64,000 bases of DNA from Callorhinchus milii (lineage: Eukaryota): assembly GCF_018977255.1 (NCBI RefSeq), contig NW_024704742.1, forward strand, positions 83,826,001-83,890,000. The letters run 5' to 3'. Of the stretch, positions 63,478 to 64,000 are shown in pieces. The translations under genes were made by a program, and so were the position numbers. The first letter of the stretch is position 1, and every line of letters begins with the position of its first letter. A model generated the notes under the pieces. It was not told the DNA's origin. It worked only from the letters and a program-made list of their open reading frames with translations, and ran no database searches.

Positions 63478-64000
63478 ATTACGTGAACAAGAAAGGAAGG
63501 AGGCAGAAGAGGCTGTCCAAAAGGAGATAGAAGAATGGGAAAAGAACCTGCGAGCCCAGGCTGAGCCCAATCGCATGGAAACACTATGGGAAATCCCATC
63601 CATTGGTCATTTCCTTTGTTTGGCTCAGCAGATCCTTAATTTACCCGAAATTGTTTATTTTGATCTTGAACGCTGCCTTCTACTGCCACAGTGCAGTTCT
63701 TTCCTTGCTAAGATAATGACGTCTTTACTGGGCCCTCACCATCGCCGAGCAACTTTACACCGGAGGCCACCTTTGTCTTACAAAATGTGGGAGGTGGCTC
63801 TGAAACAAAGAGTCCAACATTGGTATGTAATGGTTAGCCATGCAGAAAATCCCAATCTGCAGGCTGAGAAACTTGGCCTTAGTCCTCAGTTTTTTCAGGT
63901 CCTTGGAGAAACTAGTCCTTTGGAGGTCAAAGCTTTCCACGAGCTAAACTTTTACAAGCGTGTTTGGTTGCTAAAGGGCTTGAGTGATTATGTGTATGAA
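63478..64000 (+). CDS. BRD10: KIAA2026/BRD10 next coding exon, running off the window end
   Basis: Acceptor tgtttctgcatttctag|, in frame with the previous exon (AG+A = Arg). Open to the window end: LREQERKEAEEAVQKEIEEWEKNLRAQAEPNRMETLWEIPSIGHFLCLAQQILNLPEIVYFDLERCLLLPQCSSFLAKIMTSLLGPHHRRATLHRRPPLSYKMWEVALKQRVQHWYVMVSHAENPNLQAEKLGLSPQFFQVLGETSPLEVKAFHELNFYKRVWLLKGLSDYVYE, matching KIAA2026. The ORF track misses this frame because it has no stop inside the window. Confidence 0.95.

Noticed and set aside
1..64000. CRISPR arrays, rRNA, snoRNA, prokaryotic operon-type systems
   Set aside because: No regularly spaced repeat-spacer array or RNA-gene signature was seen; the sequence is vertebrate intronic and intergenic DNA.

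Overview
This is eukaryotic, repeat-rich vertebrate DNA. The SINE, L2, CR1 and Penelope families resemble those I recall from cartilaginous fish, most likely a holocephalan/chimaera; that assignment is inference. The only recognisable host gene is KIAA2026/BRD10 on the + strand, with a 201-bp coding exon (50678-50878) and the start of the next coding exon (63478 to window end). Its first, bromodomain-coding exon is not visible and may lie in the 25-N gap at 35879-35903. Most of the rest is retroelement debris: young and old L2 LINEs, CR1 fragments, a tRNA-Ala-derived SINE sharing the L2 3' tail, older Deu-type and other ancient SINEs, and Penelope-like fragments with hammerhead-like cores. There are also two small DNA-transposon MITEs. 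The largest structural anomaly is a 3.4-kb, nearly perfect inverted duplication (20454-23853 and 32475-35878) that ends exactly at the gap, probably an assembly or haplotype artefact. I found no convincing wholly new biological system. The best leads are a defective L2 apparently mobilised in trans, a SINE tail matching the young L2, a near-intact minimal hammerhead core, two pre-miRNA-sized hairpins, an unclassified dispersed repeat and unassigned exon-like segments. Repeat boundaries were read by eye and are approximate; family names come from recalled consensus sequences, not a search.
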